Shown here: piece by piece, positions 1-11,992 of the stretch | Layout: each line of letters begins with the position of its first letter | Numbering within the stretch: the first letter of the stretch is position 1 | Assembly: GCA_964016885.1 (NCBI GenBank) | Contig: OZ024764.1 | Coordinates: 10,726,001 to 10,790,000 of the forward strand | Direction: 5' to 3' | DNA from: Eledone cirrhosa | Taxonomy: Eukaryota | DNA length: 64,000 nucleotides | Notes under the pieces: generated by a model | The model's database searches: none | The model's input: only the letters and a program-made list of their open reading frames with translations | Told to the model about the DNA's origin: nothing | Made by a program: the position numbers and the translations under genes

Positions 1-1
1 G

Positions 2-1747
2 ATGATACAGATGTTTTCCCCCGGAGACATTGAGAGACTCTACTCAATGCACGAACAAAATTTCAAACAAGGCCAATTCACTGAGAAGATTGGACATGGG
101 TTCTTAAGACGAAAAACACAGACCATAGAGGAGATAGACAATACTAAAAGCTTGAATTCACTGAGAAGATTTATACATAGGTCCTTGAGACAAAAAGCAC
201 AGACCATAGAAGGGTTAAATCATACTAAAAGCTGGAGTTCACTGAGAAGATTTGTACATAGGTCCTTGAGACAAAAAGCACAGACCATAGAGGGGTTAAA
301 TCATACTAAAAGCTGGAATTCACTGAGAAGATTTGTACATAGGTACTTGAGACAAAAAGCACAGACCATAGAGGGGTTAAATCATACTAAAAGCTGGAAT
401 TCACTGAGAAGATTTGTACATAGGTCCTTGAGACAAAAAGCACAGACCATAGAGGGGTTAAATCATACTAAAAGCTGGAATTCACTGAGAAGATTTGTAC
501 ATAGGTACTTGAGACAAAAAGCACAGACCATAGAGGGGTTAAATCATACTAAAAGCTGGAATTCACTGAGAAGATTTGTACATAGGTCCTTGAGACAAAA
601 AGCACAGACCATAGAGGGGTTAAATCATACTAAAAGCTGGAATTCACTGAGAAGATTTGTACATAGGTACTTGAGACAAAAAGCACAGACCATAGAGGGG
701 TTAAATCATACTAAAAGCTGGAATTCACTGAGAAGATTTTTACATAGGTCCTTGAGACAAAAAGCACAGACCATAGAGGGGTTAAATCATACTAAAAGCT
801 GGAATTCACTGAGAAGATTTGTACATAGGTACTTGAGACAAAAAGCACAGACCATAGAGGGGTTAAATCATACTAAAAGCTGGAATTCACTGAGAAGATT
901 TGTACATAGGTCCTTGAGACAAAAAGCACAGACCATAGAGGGGTTAAATCATACTAAAAGCTGGAATTCACTGAGAAGATTTGTACATAGGTACTTGAGA
1001 CAAAAAGCACAGACCATAGAGGGGTTAAATTATACTAAAAGCTGGAATTCACTGAGAAGATTTGTACATAGGTCCTTGAGACGAAAAGCACAGACCATAG
1101 AGGGGTTAAATCATACTAAAAGCTGGAATTCACTGAGAAGATTTGTACATAGGTACTTGAGACAAAAAGCACAGACCATAGAGGGGTTAAATCATACTAA
1201 AAGCTGGAATTCACTGAGAAGATTTGTACATAGGTCCTTGAGACAAAAAGCACAGACCATAGAGGGGTTAAATCATACTAAAAGCTGGAATTCACTGAGA
1301 AGATTTGTACATAGGTACTTGAGACAAAAAGCACAGACCATAGAGGGGTTAAATCATACTAAAAGCTGGAATTCACTGAGAAGATTTTTACATAGGTCCT
1401 TGAGACAAAAAGCACAGACCATAGAGGGGTTAAATCATACTAAAAGCTGGAATTCACTGAGAAGATTTGTACATAGGTCCTTGAGACAAAAAGCACAGAC
1501 CATAGAGGGGTTAAATCATACTAAAAGCTGGAATTCATTGAGAAGATTTGTACATAGGTCCTTGAGACAAAAAACACAGACCATAGAGGTGATAAACCGT
1601 ACTAAAAGCAGGAATTCACTGAGAAGATTTGTACATGGGTACTTGAGACAAAAAGCACAGACCATAGAGGTGATAAACCGTACTAAAAGCAGGAATTCAC
1701 TGAGAAGATTTGTACATAGGTCCTTGAGACAAAAACACAGACCATAG
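2..1747 (+). pseudogene. Repeat-generated ORF (22-aa unit), probably an amplified C-terminal piece of a CR1/L2-type LINE ORF2
   Basis: The ORF runs off the window start. MIQMF at the start resembles the LINE RGDMIxxFK motif, and EEIDNTKSLNSLRRFIHRSL resembles the CR1-type terminal EEVVxAxSLNSFKxRLDxF motif. Similarity judged by eye. Confidence 0.45.
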
Positions 1748-1830
1748 AGGTGATAAACCATACTAAAAGCAGGAATTCACTGAGAAGATTTGTACATAGG
1801 TACTTGAGACGAAAAGAATGACCATAGAGT
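72..1830. repeat. 66-bp minisatellite (~26 copies) with alternating A/B units (132-bp higher-order period)
   Basis: Unit aattcactgagaagatttgtacataggt(c/a)cttgagacaaaaagcacagaccatagaggggttaaatcatactaaaagctgg is repeated near-perfectly; tcc/tac variants alternate; terminal units are more diverged. Confidence 0.97.
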
Positions 1831-2419
1831 AGATAAATCATACATCACACATGTGTATGTGTGGGTCTGTGTGTGATTTGAATGTACAACGGCGCTATAT
1901 ATATATGATTTTCTTTGTTTATACAATCTAAACTATAATAAAGGGAGGGGTGCGGGACTGCGTCCAGAATATATGTATTTTTTATCCTGTTTGTAAAATA
2001 AGTTGGATTAATTTGATTAAATAATGAATGAATATGACAATTTATCTACTAAATTTCGTTATTCTTGATTAAATATAAATAATTTTGTTGCTTATTTTAA
2101 GGTTCACTTCTTTAAAATATTCAAATGTCAACACTTCCGGTTAGCGATCGCTTAAATAAACATTCATATATTTCCATCACTAATTTTCTCCTAATGCAGT
2201 TTATATATAATATCGTCTTTTTTTAATGTACCATGGATTACTTTACTGATTACATAAGACAATGTAACACAGTCTTTGTTCAATTTCTGTGTATATTGTC
2301 AATTACGATTTTATTTGATGTGTCATATCTACATGTATATATACTTGCATATAATATCAATATACACACTACACATGATAGCAGAAAACCACCCGAAGGG
2401 GGGCGGGGGTCTGCTAGTT

Positions 2420-2898
2420 CTAACTAAAGATTGAAGCCCCGACTAAACATTAAAGCAGCGACGACATGACAGTCTCTGGTTAAAAATGAATTACTGCAAT
2501 TCTTACTACGAACCATTGTAAGACAAATTGATTATTATAAGGCAATTGACTGCATCTTCAACGGCAATACATTCTACTGGAAATCGAAATGGAATCCTTA
2601 CAGAGACATTTACAATAATTTTCTGGGCATAAGACCGACCTTATTTTGAAAACAAATGTTTCGAGGTAGAATTAGTATGCAACTATATTTATTCATGGAA
2701 TATATATATTTATATACTTTAATTATTATATTAGTACCCTGAATATATAAAATGCAAGCAGGTTTTGACATCGAATTTTGAGGTAAATAAGTGCCACATA
2801 TGTCCCTCCCCATCAATTGCTAATATGTATAAATTTGGATTTAAAGATAACGAACCATGTTAAAGAAAACAGCAAGACAAATATTACTATGTTATTCC
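2420..2898 (-). repeat. Dispersed unclassified repeat, family D, copy 1 (inverted relative to copies 2 and 3, internally deleted)
   Basis: The reverse complement aligns by eye with 5453-5635, 5872-6070 and 6613-6683 (e.g. aaagaaaacagcaagacaaatatta / taatatttgtcttgctgttttcttt). Confidence 0.85.
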
Positions 2899-2914
2899 TG
2901 ATAAATGTAAAGAC

Positions 2915-3040
2915 TTGAAAATCCCAACATTAGTAGACTTTACCAAGGACAAACACTTAGAATTACGACTTTGGAGGCGATAAAGTTAAGGGGAGACATG
3001 ATAGAATTATCTAAAATAATGAAAGGACTTCAAAATACAG
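2915..3040 (+). mobile_element. CR1/L2-type LINE ORF2 C-terminal fragment
   Basis: Translates LRITTLEAIKLRGDMIELSKIMKGLQN, matching the LxTLExRRLRGDMIExYKIxxG motif of CR1/L2 ORF2. Confidence 0.75.
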
Positions 3041-3415
3041 TATTGGGGAAGAAACTATAAATATAAGAAGGGATCACCATTGTAGTATGTATAAAAAAAA
3101 CAATGCTCCTTACATTTATCCCGGGTATATAGAGGGATGTGCCGATGTCCACTGTCAGTAAAATAATACAATAAGGAAACGCCATCATCCAGTAAACCAT
3201 AGTAATAATCCAATATTGTCTCAGCCGCCATTTACAGTAGAAAATAGTAAAAAAAAATAAAAGTCATACTCAGCAGTTAATGCAGTGAAAACAAACAATA
3301 AAAATATTATGACTAAATAATTATAATTTCTTACTTTCATTAATTCTTTTTCTTAATTTTATTGCAAACATAATTTATTTAAAATTTGTCGTATCATTAA
3401 AAATTATATATATAT

Positions 3416-3602
3416 AAGGAAGTGTGGTAAGGAACCAGGTGGACCATAACGCACCAAAGTACTCAATACTTAGGGTAGTAGAGTGGGTAATAGGAACGAA
3501 TAGGACCCCGACGGCTGAGCTCAAGCCGTTTCGACGGCTAATTCTGAACGCAGAATTAGCCGTCGAAACGGCTTGAGCTCAGCTATCGGGGTCCTATTCG
3601 TT

Positions 3603-3606
<4 letters not shown>
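3416..3606. mobile_element. Family A asymmetric fold-back element (putative Penelope-like terminus with a hammerhead 3' half)
   Basis: Long arm aaggaagtgtggtaagg...gacggctaattctg, 4-nt spacer, then short inverted arm cagaattagccgtcgaaac...ttccta, flanked by (TA)n. Confidence 0.8.
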
Positions 3607-3671
<65 letters not shown>

Positions 3672-4319
3672 TGTTTGTATGTCTTAGTTTGGCAAATGTC
3701 AAATGATTGACGGGGAGAAGCCGATCGATTAAATTGAACATGACTGGTACTCTATTTTTCTGCTCTAAAATTATAAAATTGTAAATTAATATCGACAGGA
3801 TTTACACCGAGAACACAAAGGTTGAGTAATATCATATAAAAATTAGAAATTGAGGCTTTAATAATTTATCTTTGAGTTATAAATATAAATGTTTGTTTAG
3901 GGCTTAGATGTTCAGTGTGTAATGGTGTTATTGGTATTAAGTAACATAAAATGTCGTTTGGAGTTCAATATGTTGTCCCCCTCACTTTATCATTACAACT
4001 ACTACTATTAATAATTTAAACACTATTATTATTATTATATTCACACGTCTCTTATCCTCAACATCTGCTATGGCTTTCCCTCTTACATGTGAGATACACG
4101 GTTTGTTTACTAATCAACATTTACTGCAAGGTGTTGTGATGTGTGACGGGACATCGGGTGGTGTCTTGAGGACTCTGTACACCTGTGCACCCGTATCTCT
4201 CTCTCTCTCTATATATATATATATGTATGTATGAATGTATATGTATATACACATGTACATATGTATGTATATGTATATGTGTATATACATGGGTGCATGT
4301 GTATGTATATGCGCGGGGA

Positions 4320-4626
4320 CATAGAAATAGTCTGGCTGGATACTCGATCCAACGGTTCAACCACTGGGAGTGAAGGACCCCTAGCCTTTGTCAGGGCAGT
4401 CTTCTAGGAGAGACAACTCAGGAAACTGGAGTAACTCCGGCATAAAACCTGCGGCCCAGTAGTTCCCGATGATGTTGATCTTTTCTTCTTTTCGGGTTAT
4501 AGCTACTGTCGCTCAGTGCACAGTATTTCTTCACGCACAGGCATTGCACGACAGAATTAATTAATTATTATTAATAATGGTATATCGTGCAATGGCCATA
4601 CTCGATAACGAGGGGGGCAGCCATCG
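4320..4626 (+). mobile_element. Bipartite RTE-derived non-autonomous element (5'UTR-like piece plus 3' tail)
   Basis: tagcctttgtcagggcagtcttctaggagag and gatgatgttgatcttttcttctttt match 20953-21051; tggccatactcgataacgag...ggcagcca matches 21342-21371. Confidence 0.55.
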
Positions 4627-4651
4627 TGTGTGTGTGTGTGTGGGGGGGGGG

Positions 4652-4702
4652 GTAACCACAGTAAGCAAGGTACTCAATGCATAGCAGAGTATAAATATTT
4701 AA
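4652..4702 (-). mobile_element. Family B tail fragment
   Basis: ggtaaccacagtaagcaaggtactcaatgcatagcagagtataaa is near-identical to 29016-29060. Confidence 0.75.
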
Positions 4703-5268
4703 TGAATAATATTTAATAATAAGAAACGAGACTGGATTATTACCAAGTTTTACTGGATATAGGCATTACCTTCTTGTATTACTTTGTTGTCAGGGACATC
4801 TGGTCATCTATCTAAATACCTGGGATAAACATAAGGTGTGTCTTTTACCTAACATTTCATTTTAATGTCTGATGTTCCAATGGATCACTTTTAAAATAAA
4901 ACCAATAAACAAGACAGGGGGACTGCATCAAAAGAGACCACAGAGTTGAGGTACGAATAGTCTAAAATTAATTAGAAAAATATAAATAGTTTAAAGAAGG
5001 ACAAACATTAAAAAATGATTTCCAACAAACACGTAAAGACAAAGACTATCACAACCACAATTTAATATCTGAAGATCAACATGTTTCACGATATAAATAA
5101 AACTAAATATATAAAGTTAAGGGACCTCTGATTTATTTGCTCCTAACTTTATTTTACTAATCTGTATTCTGTAGACATATATTTTTGTTGGTGTACATTA
5201 CGATTTCGTTGATGAAAGTTTTCTCTTGTCAAGGTTAACTTTGACAACGACATGAATAACATAATAAT

Positions 5269-5451
5269 TGTTTCTACTTTAGGCACAAGGCCAGCAATTA
5301 CCCAGTGCATTACTGGTACTTTATTTTATCGACCCCGTAAGGATGAAAGGCAAAGTCAACCTCGGCGGGATTTGAACTCAGATCGTAAAGGGACGTAACT
5401 ACGCTGGAAAGCATGGCGTCCGACCCTCCACGATACTGCCAATCCACCGCC
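5269..5451 (-). mobile_element. Full-length tRNA-headed SINE with 16-bp target site duplication
   Basis: On the minus strand: A-box-like TGGCAGTATCG, B-box-like GAGTTCAAATCCC, core gcctttcatccttacggggtcgataaaataaagtaccag. TSD tgaataacataataat at 5253-5268 and 5452-5467. Confidence 0.92.
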
Positions 5452-5631
5452 TGAATAACATAATAATATTTGTCTTGCTGTTTTCTTTAACATGGTTCGT
5501 CATCTTTAAATCCAAACTTATACATCTTACCAATTGATGGGGAGGGGCATATGTGGCGCTTATTTACCTCAAAATTCCATGTCAAAACCTGCTTGCATTT
5601 TTATATATTCAGGGTACTAATATAATAATTA

Positions 5632-5660
<29 letters not shown>

Positions 5661-5662
<2 letters not shown>

Positions 5663-5870
5663 AGGAAAGAGTATGACCCCGACGGCAGAGCTCAAGCCGT
5701 TTCGACGGCTATTTCTGGACTATTTCAGTCCAGAAATAGCCGTCGAAACGGCTTGAGCTCCGCCGCCGTCGGGGTCATACTTTTTCCTATTTCCCACTCT
5801 ACTACCCTAAGTATTGTGTACTCTGGTGCGTTATGGTCCATCTGATTCCTTACCACAATTCCTTTGTTAT
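5661..5870. mobile_element. Family A fold-back element (subtype 2), inserted in the TA run of family D copy 2
   Basis: Short arm ggaaagagtatgacccc...ctatttctggact, long inverted arm agtccagaaatagcc...cctttgtta. The equivalent site in copy 1 (about 2700-2720) is empty. Confidence 0.85.
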
Positions 5871-6411
5871 ATATATATTCCATGAATAAATACAGTTGCA
5901 TACTAACTCTTCCTCGAAACATTTGTTTTCAAAATAAGTTTATATTTATGTCCAGAAAATTCTTGTAAATGTCTTTGTAAGGATTCCATTTCGATTTTAA
6001 GTAGATTGTATTACCGTTGAAGATGTAATCAATTGCCTTATAATAAGTAATTTGTCTTAAAATGGTGCGTATTGTTGCTCCGTCCATTCCATGTTTAGTG
6101 TCACAGAATATCGTTAATTCAAAATGTCGTTCTAATGTAATAAATGTTACTTTTCAAAGACTGACATTGTCACATTAATTCTTTCTCTTGTGTGTTGTTA
6201 TCTAATGGATAAAACAATGTTTGTTGTATGTGAGAGGTAGAAATAACACGACCTTCTTTCACTTCTGCAGGAAGCTAACTGGCAGCGTGTTTAGCTGACA
6301 ACGGTGTATATCACGTGTTTAGTGTTAGGTCCCAACAAGCTGTTATTTATATACTGCGTTAGCTAGAGTCGTATCAAAAGAGTATACACACATGTCCTAT
6401 GATCAATAGTC

Positions 6412-6540
6412 TGTCCCTTTACGATCTGAGTTCAAATCCCGCCGAGGTTGACTTTGCCTTTCATCCTTACGGGGTCGATAAAATAAAGTACCAGTAATGA
6501 ACTGGGTAATTTGCTGGCTTTGTGCCTAAAGTAGACACAA
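6412..6540 (+). mobile_element. SINE, 5'-truncated copy
   Basis: gtccctttacgatctgagttcaaatcccgccgaggttgactttgcctttcatccttacggggtcgataaaataaagtaccag matches the SINE at 5269-5451. Confidence 0.9.
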
Positions 6541-6849
6541 ATATTCTTCTAATACGAGTTCCTTTCCTCCTTGACAAAGCCGTGACATAAAGTTACAGGA
6601 TTTAATCCCTATCAAGAATTGTAGTAAGTCATTTTAAACCAGAGACTTATGTCGTCGTTGCTTTAAAGTGTAATCGGGGCTTCGTCCTCGAGGGCGCACC
6701 CTAATTTTGACAACCAAAAATTTGGAAAAAAAGAATAGTAAACAACCTTCGGCCTCCATGATGCATGTTAGATTTTTGAGACATATTAGGAAAAAAGTAG
6801 CGTCTTTGACGCCAGGAAATGCGGTAAATGGAACAGTGTGCTAATATTT

Positions 6850-7105
6850 AAATATTAGTCTTTTAAATTTTCCTTCACAGGACATATTTCGTAATAATTC
6901 TCATGTTTTATGTTTTGTTTTTCTCTGAATTCCTTCAATATTTTCTTAGTCTTTTCGGAAGTCGGGTAACCATGACCGTAAATATTTTAAATGTCGCAGA
7001 CAACTTTTTAAATTTTCTGCATTTAGTAAGGAAAAGGAATGTTTTATTATGTATATCATTTCATTTGCTATCTTTTTTCCTAAACCTATTTAGCCACCTT
7101 TAAAT
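6850..7105 (-). mobile_element. Decayed CR1/L2-type LINE ORF2 relic
   Basis: Minus-strand pieces WLPDFRKD*ENIEGIQRK and LRNMSCEGKFKKTN resemble WxPxxxKDIxxIExIQRRATK and LRxLSYEERLKKL; contains stops and frameshifts. Confidence 0.6.
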
Positions 7106-7129
7106 TCAAATTTATGTATATTCCTAATT

Positions 7130-8255
7130 CTTCGGGGAGGGGTATACGAAGCTCCTTTTTTACCTCAAAATTCGATGCCGAAAGCTTCTTGCATTTTATA
7201 CATTGTACGAATATATTAATTAAACTATATATATATATATATAGCTGCATATTAACCATTCCCCAACTGTTAGTGGTTAAAAAAATATGAGGCGCCTTTC
7301 TACCTCAAAATTCGATGTCAAAACATTTACTTTTTACACATTTACTGTACGAATATAATAAAATATATATGTATATACTAGCCATATATAAATGTAGCTG
7401 CATATTAACTCTTTTCAAATACATTTTTTTTTTCAAAATAAGGTGAGTTTTATATCGCTAAAACCCTCTATGAGGTCTCCGTAAGTGTTTCATTTTAATA
7501 AATTTCTCATTTCGATTTTCAGTAGATTGTATTGCCGTTGAAAATGCAGTCATTTGTCCTTCTAATAATAATCAACTTGTCTCAAAATTCTTCGCATTTT
7601 TGTCTCGTTCATTCCATGTTTAGTGTCACAAAATATCGTTAATTCAAAATTTTGTTCTAATGTAATAAAAGTTACTTTTCAATATCTGACATTGTCACAT
7701 TAATTCTTTCTCTTGTGTGTTATTGCCGAGGTTGACTTTGCCTTTCATCTTTACGGGGTCGATAAAATAAAGTACCAGTAATACACTGGGTACTTGCTGG
7801 CCTTGTGCCTAAAGCAGAAACAGTTATCTAATGAATAACAAAAAAAAGTATATGGTATGTGAGCTGTAGAAATCACACGACCTCCTTCCATGGATGGGGA
7901 GAGCGAACTGGCAGTGAATCGAACAGGATTGGTAAATAGCTGACAACGGGGAACATCACGTGCTATTTATACACCGTGTTGATTGGACAGACGTACCAAA
8001 CCCAGGATAAACACCTTACTCCTTCTTAAAATTCTCCGAGTTCCTTTCTTTCCTGAATAAACAGTGAGATAGAGTGACAGGGTTCAATCCCTACCAAGAA
8101 TTTCAGTATGTTTATTTTTAACAAGGGACTGTTATGTCGTCGTTACTTTAAAGTGTATTCAGAGTTTCAATCTTTAGTTGGGATTGTAGAATTACTTTTA
8201 TTTAATTGTAAACAAACAAAGCAGGGTGTATATAGCTTCGTTGTACGTTCAAATT
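7130..8255 (+). repeat. Family D copy 3 (diverged; SINE fragment at about 7725-7825)
   Basis: Shares tacctcaaaattcgatg, tttcgattttcagtagattgtattgccgttgaa and tgtcgtcgttactttaaagtgta with copy 2; ttcaatctttagtt matches the inverted copy 1 at 2422-2435. Confidence 0.8.
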
Positions 8256-8282
8256 ACGACAGACATATATATATATATATAT

Positions 8283-8468
8283 ATAACGAAGGAAATGTGG
8301 TAAGGAACCAGGTGGACCATAACGCACAAAAGTACTCAATACTTAGGGTAGTAGAGTGGGTAATAGGAACGAGTAGGACCCCGACGGCTGAGCTCAAGCC
8401 GTTTCGACGGCTAATTCTGAATTAGCTGTCGAAACGGCTTGAGCTCAGCCGTCGGGGTCCTACTCGTT

Positions 8469-8472
<4 letters not shown>
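8283..8472. mobile_element. Family A fold-back element
   Basis: Long arm plus short inverted arm between (TA)n tracts. Confidence 0.85.
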
Positions 8473-8547
<75 letters not shown>

Positions 8548-8551
<4 letters not shown>

Positions 8552-8733
8552 CGAAGGAAATGTGGTAAGGAACCAGGTGGACCATAACGCACAAAAGTAC
8601 TCAATACTTAGGGTAGTAGAGTGGGTAATAGGAACGAGTAGGACCCCGACGGCTGAGCTCAAGCCGTTTCGACGGCTAATTCTGAATTAGCCGTCGAAAC
8701 GGCTTGAGCTCAGCCGTCGGGGTCCTACTCGTT

Positions 8734-8737
<4 letters not shown>
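8548..8737. mobile_element. Family A fold-back element (tandem duplicate of 8283-8472)
   Basis: Near-identical to the previous copy, including the overlapped junction ctaattctgaattag. Confidence 0.85.
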
Positions 8738-8792
<55 letters not shown>

Positions 8793-8887
8793 TAAAATAA
8801 CAGATTGCTTTACGGTTCTTATATATTTGATATATATTTATCCTTATCGAGCCCTCTTTGGATTTTAGTCTTCAAATTTATTATTAT

Positions 8888-8918
<31 letters not shown>

Positions 8919-8922
<4 letters not shown>

Positions 8923-9137
8923 AACGAGTAGGACCCCGACGGCTGAGCTCAAGCCGTTTCGACGGCTAATTCTGGACTAAATAAAAATGTTTATTTAGTC
9001 CAGAATTAGCCGTCGAAATGGCTTGAGCTCAGCCGTGGGGGTCCTACTCGTTCCTATTACCCACTCTACTACCCTAAGTATTGAGTACTTTGGTGCATTA
9101 TGGTCCACCTGGTTCCTTACCACATTTCCTTCGTTAT
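8919..9137. mobile_element. Family A fold-back element, opposite orientation
   Basis: Short arm first, then extended palindromic centre ggactaaataaa-aatg-tttatttagtcc, then long arm ending in (TA)n. Confidence 0.85.
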
Positions 9138-9267
9138 ATATATATATATATATATATATAAAAAGGTTTGAGGGGTGGCAAAATTGAAGAATCACTATTG
9201 CTGAGCACAATAATTTAAGATCAAATCTAACACACAGACACACACACATCTATGCCTTTTATTGTCA

Positions 9268-10033
9268 TGTATGACAGTTGAGGAACATCACTGCAGATCA
9301 GCTGGTTATAGGTTCAAATCAACCCTAGATAAATTAAAAAAAACAAGGGTTTTATATTGTATTGAAGCCCCAGAAAAGTAAAAGCCAATGCCGACCCCTT
9401 TGTAGAATTAATAAGACTGAGAAAGCAATGAACGCCACAACATCAAGTTTGCTTCCTAATAAAAAGTAGGTTTATAAATATTAATTTTCAGTATATTTTC
9501 GTAGCCGTTTCGGTGGTCTAGTGGTAGATATTAGAGACAGTGAAGATCCAGGTCTTGGGTTCAATCTCAGTGTGTCTGATTTTTATTTTTTTTTATTTTA
9601 CCTCTTATAAAATAATAAAAAAATGAAAGACGCAGAGATCGAACCCCAGACCAGTCTCCACCGTCTTTAATACCTACCACTAGGCCACCGAAACGGATAC
9701 AAAATTACCTTGAAAATTAATATTTATAAACCTACTTTTTATTTCCAAACAAAAATTGATGTAATGACGTTCATGTCTTTCTCAGTGTCTGCCATTCTGA
9801 GTTCAAATCCTGCCGAGGTTAACTTTGCCTTTCATCCTTACGGGGGTCGATAAAATAAAGTACCAGTAATACACTTGTGCCAAAAGTAGAAACAATTATT
9901 AATAGAAAGGGTCGACCTTATCTTTAATCCTTTTGGTGCTTTGATGAAGTTTGTTTCTCATTGCTCTGGGGCTGATTTGAACCCACAATGACTCTGTCTG
10001 CAATAATATTCACTAACTTCAAATCTGTCATAC
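9268..10033. mobile_element. Large diverged inverted repeat (MITE/foldback-like) with Pol III A/B-box-like motifs in both arms
   Basis: aaaaagtaggtttataaatattaattttca pairs with tgaaaattaatatttataaacctacttttt; outer arms (gtatgacag...ggttcaaatca) pair with 9973-10032; a SINE interrupts the right arm. Confidence 0.8.
9790..9900 (+). mobile_element. SINE partial copy inside the right arm of the inverted repeat
   Basis: ttctgagttcaaatcctgccgaggttaactttgcctttcatccttacgggggtcgataaaataaagtaccag. Confidence 0.88.
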
Positions 10034-10080
10034 CTAGTGATTGTGTGTCTGTGTGTCTGTGTGTGTGTGTGCGTGTGCGT

Positions 10081-10111
<31 letters not shown>

Positions 10112-10784
10112 AATCTCCAACGAAGCGCGACATTGTGATTCCTGGACTCGCGCCTATATAAAGAATTATTATTATTATTATTCAGTAGTTATATTTTTAT
10201 TGTGGGCTTTCATTGCATTTCCACAATGTAGCCCTAACCATATCTACCCCTCAAAACACTTTTGGTGCTCGAATCAAGGCCACCTCTCCTCGTTTGTAAA
10301 TGCTCATGTGTAGAATTCGAAGTAGGGATGCTCATGGCTGGAACGCCGACGAGGTTTTGAGGGTTTAACCTATTTTTTTTTTCATTGTTCCAACAGTGAA
10401 CATAGCCCCGGGACTCCGAATTTTGCTCATGTGCAATCTCACCGTTCTACGGGAGTAAAACTCAACAGTTTATTTTTATCGGAGATCAAACTGTTATCTC
10501 CTCAACATAGGGTTTTGTGCATGTGCACTCATGGTACACCCTTCCTCACCAAAAACATCTAGAACAAATAAAAGAAAGAAAGATAGAGATACAAAAGAAC
10601 TGAACTCAATATGTATATAATAGATTTTCATTGGATTTTATTAAAAGACACCTTAAAAAACCCCAGAAGGTTTTTACAGAATTTTCACAGGACCTATTTT
10701 GTCGTCTGCCATTTCTGATGTGGAAATATTTTCATGATTATTCTCCTTGGTGAATCGAACAGAATGAGGTAGGATATAGAAGAT

Positions 10785-11620
10785 GTTATAATAATGTAGA
10801 TTATGGTAGAATAATGTAGATTATGGTAGAATAATGTAGATTATGGTAGAATAATGAAGATTATGGTACATGTTATAATGATGTAGATATGGTAGATAAT
10901 GTAGTTTATGGTGGAATAATGTAGATTATGGTAGAATAATGTAGATTATGGTATAATAATGTAGATTATGGTATAATAATGGAGATTATGGTAGAATAAT
11001 GGAGATTATGGTAGAATAATGAAGATTATGGTACATGTTATAATGATGTAGATATGGTAGATAATGTAGTTTATGGTGGAATAATGTAGATTATGGTAGA
11101 ATAATGGAGATTATGGTACATGTTATAATGATGTAGATATGGTAGATAATGTAGTTTATGGTGGAATAATGTAGATTATGGTATAATAATGTAGATTATG
11201 GTATAATAATGGAGATTATGGTAGAATAATGGAGATTATGGTAGAATAATGTAGATTATGGTAGAATAATGGAGATTATGGTACATGTTATGATGATGTA
11301 GATATGGTAGATAATGTAGATTATGGTAGAATAATGTAGATTATGGTATAATAATGTAGATTATGGTATAATAATGGAGATTATGGTATAATAATGGAGA
11401 TTATGGTAGAATAATGTAGATTATGGTATAATAATGGAGATTATGGTATAATAATGGAGATTATGGTATAATAATGGAGATTATGGTATAATAATGGAGA
11501 TTATGGTAGAATAATGGAGATTATGGTAGAATAATGGAGATTATGGTAGAATAATGGAGATTATGGTAGAATAATGGTGATTATGGTCGATAATGTGGAT
11601 TATGTTATAATATAGATTAT
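10785..11620. repeat. 20-bp minisatellite (agattatggtagaataatgt and variants)
   Basis: About 40 units, with a recurring variant block ggtacatgttataatgatgtagatatggtagataatg. Confidence 0.95.
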
Positions 11621-11639
11621 GGCAAGGATGTCACACCAT
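11617..11639 (-). other. Candidate terminal exon start (coding xGVTSLP-stop)
   Basis: Minus strand reads tcttctgtttattttcttttacag|AT GGT GTG ACA TCC TTG CCA TAA: a strong polypyrimidine acceptor, but no other support. Confidence 0.3.
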
Positions 11640-11745
11640 CTGTAAAAGAAAATAAACAGAAGAATGAAAAGTAATGAATAAAAGAAACAGAGGAACGAGT
11701 GAAGGAATGACAAAGAATGTCAACGAAAATGAAAAAGATAAATAT

Positions 11746-11852
11746 AGGCACAAGGCCAGCAATTACCCAGTGCATTACTGGTACTTTATTTTACCGACCC
11801 CGTAAGGATGAAAGGCAAAGTCAACCTCGGCGGGATATGAACTCAGATCGTA
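11746..11852 (-). mobile_element. SINE partial copy
   Basis: aggcacaaggccagcaattacccagtgcattactggtactttatttt...gaactcagatcgtaaa. Confidence 0.9.
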
Positions 11853-11992
11853 AATATATATAATATATATATAGTATGTATATATTTGTATGCGTGTATG
11901 TATTTATTTAATTTCTATTACCTCTGTATTGTATTTATTTACTTTATTCTTAACTCTGTAGCGGAGATTCATTCGGTCTCCTAGTTAGAATT

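Larger units (their letters stand above)
5452..6683 (+). repeat. Family D copy 2, interrupted by a family A element and a SINE
   Basis: Colinear with 7130-8180 (e.g. ccatgtttagtgtcaca...atatcgttaattcaaaa; ctgacattgtcacattaattctttctcttgtgtgtt). Confidence 0.85.

Noticed and set aside
72-1830. CRISPR-like regular array
   Set aside because: The units are contiguous with no unique spacers, there are no cas genes, and the context is eukaryotic.
9504-9575. Functional tRNA gene
   Set aside because: A/B-box-like motifs are present but I could not form a cloverleaf, and it sits within an inverted repeat.
10675-10767. Minus-strand peptide HSVRFTKENNHENISTSEMADDKIGPVKIL-stop
   Set aside because: It is short, has no adjacent acceptor, and upstream lies a non-triplet 20-bp minisatellite with stops; cannot be supported as an exon.
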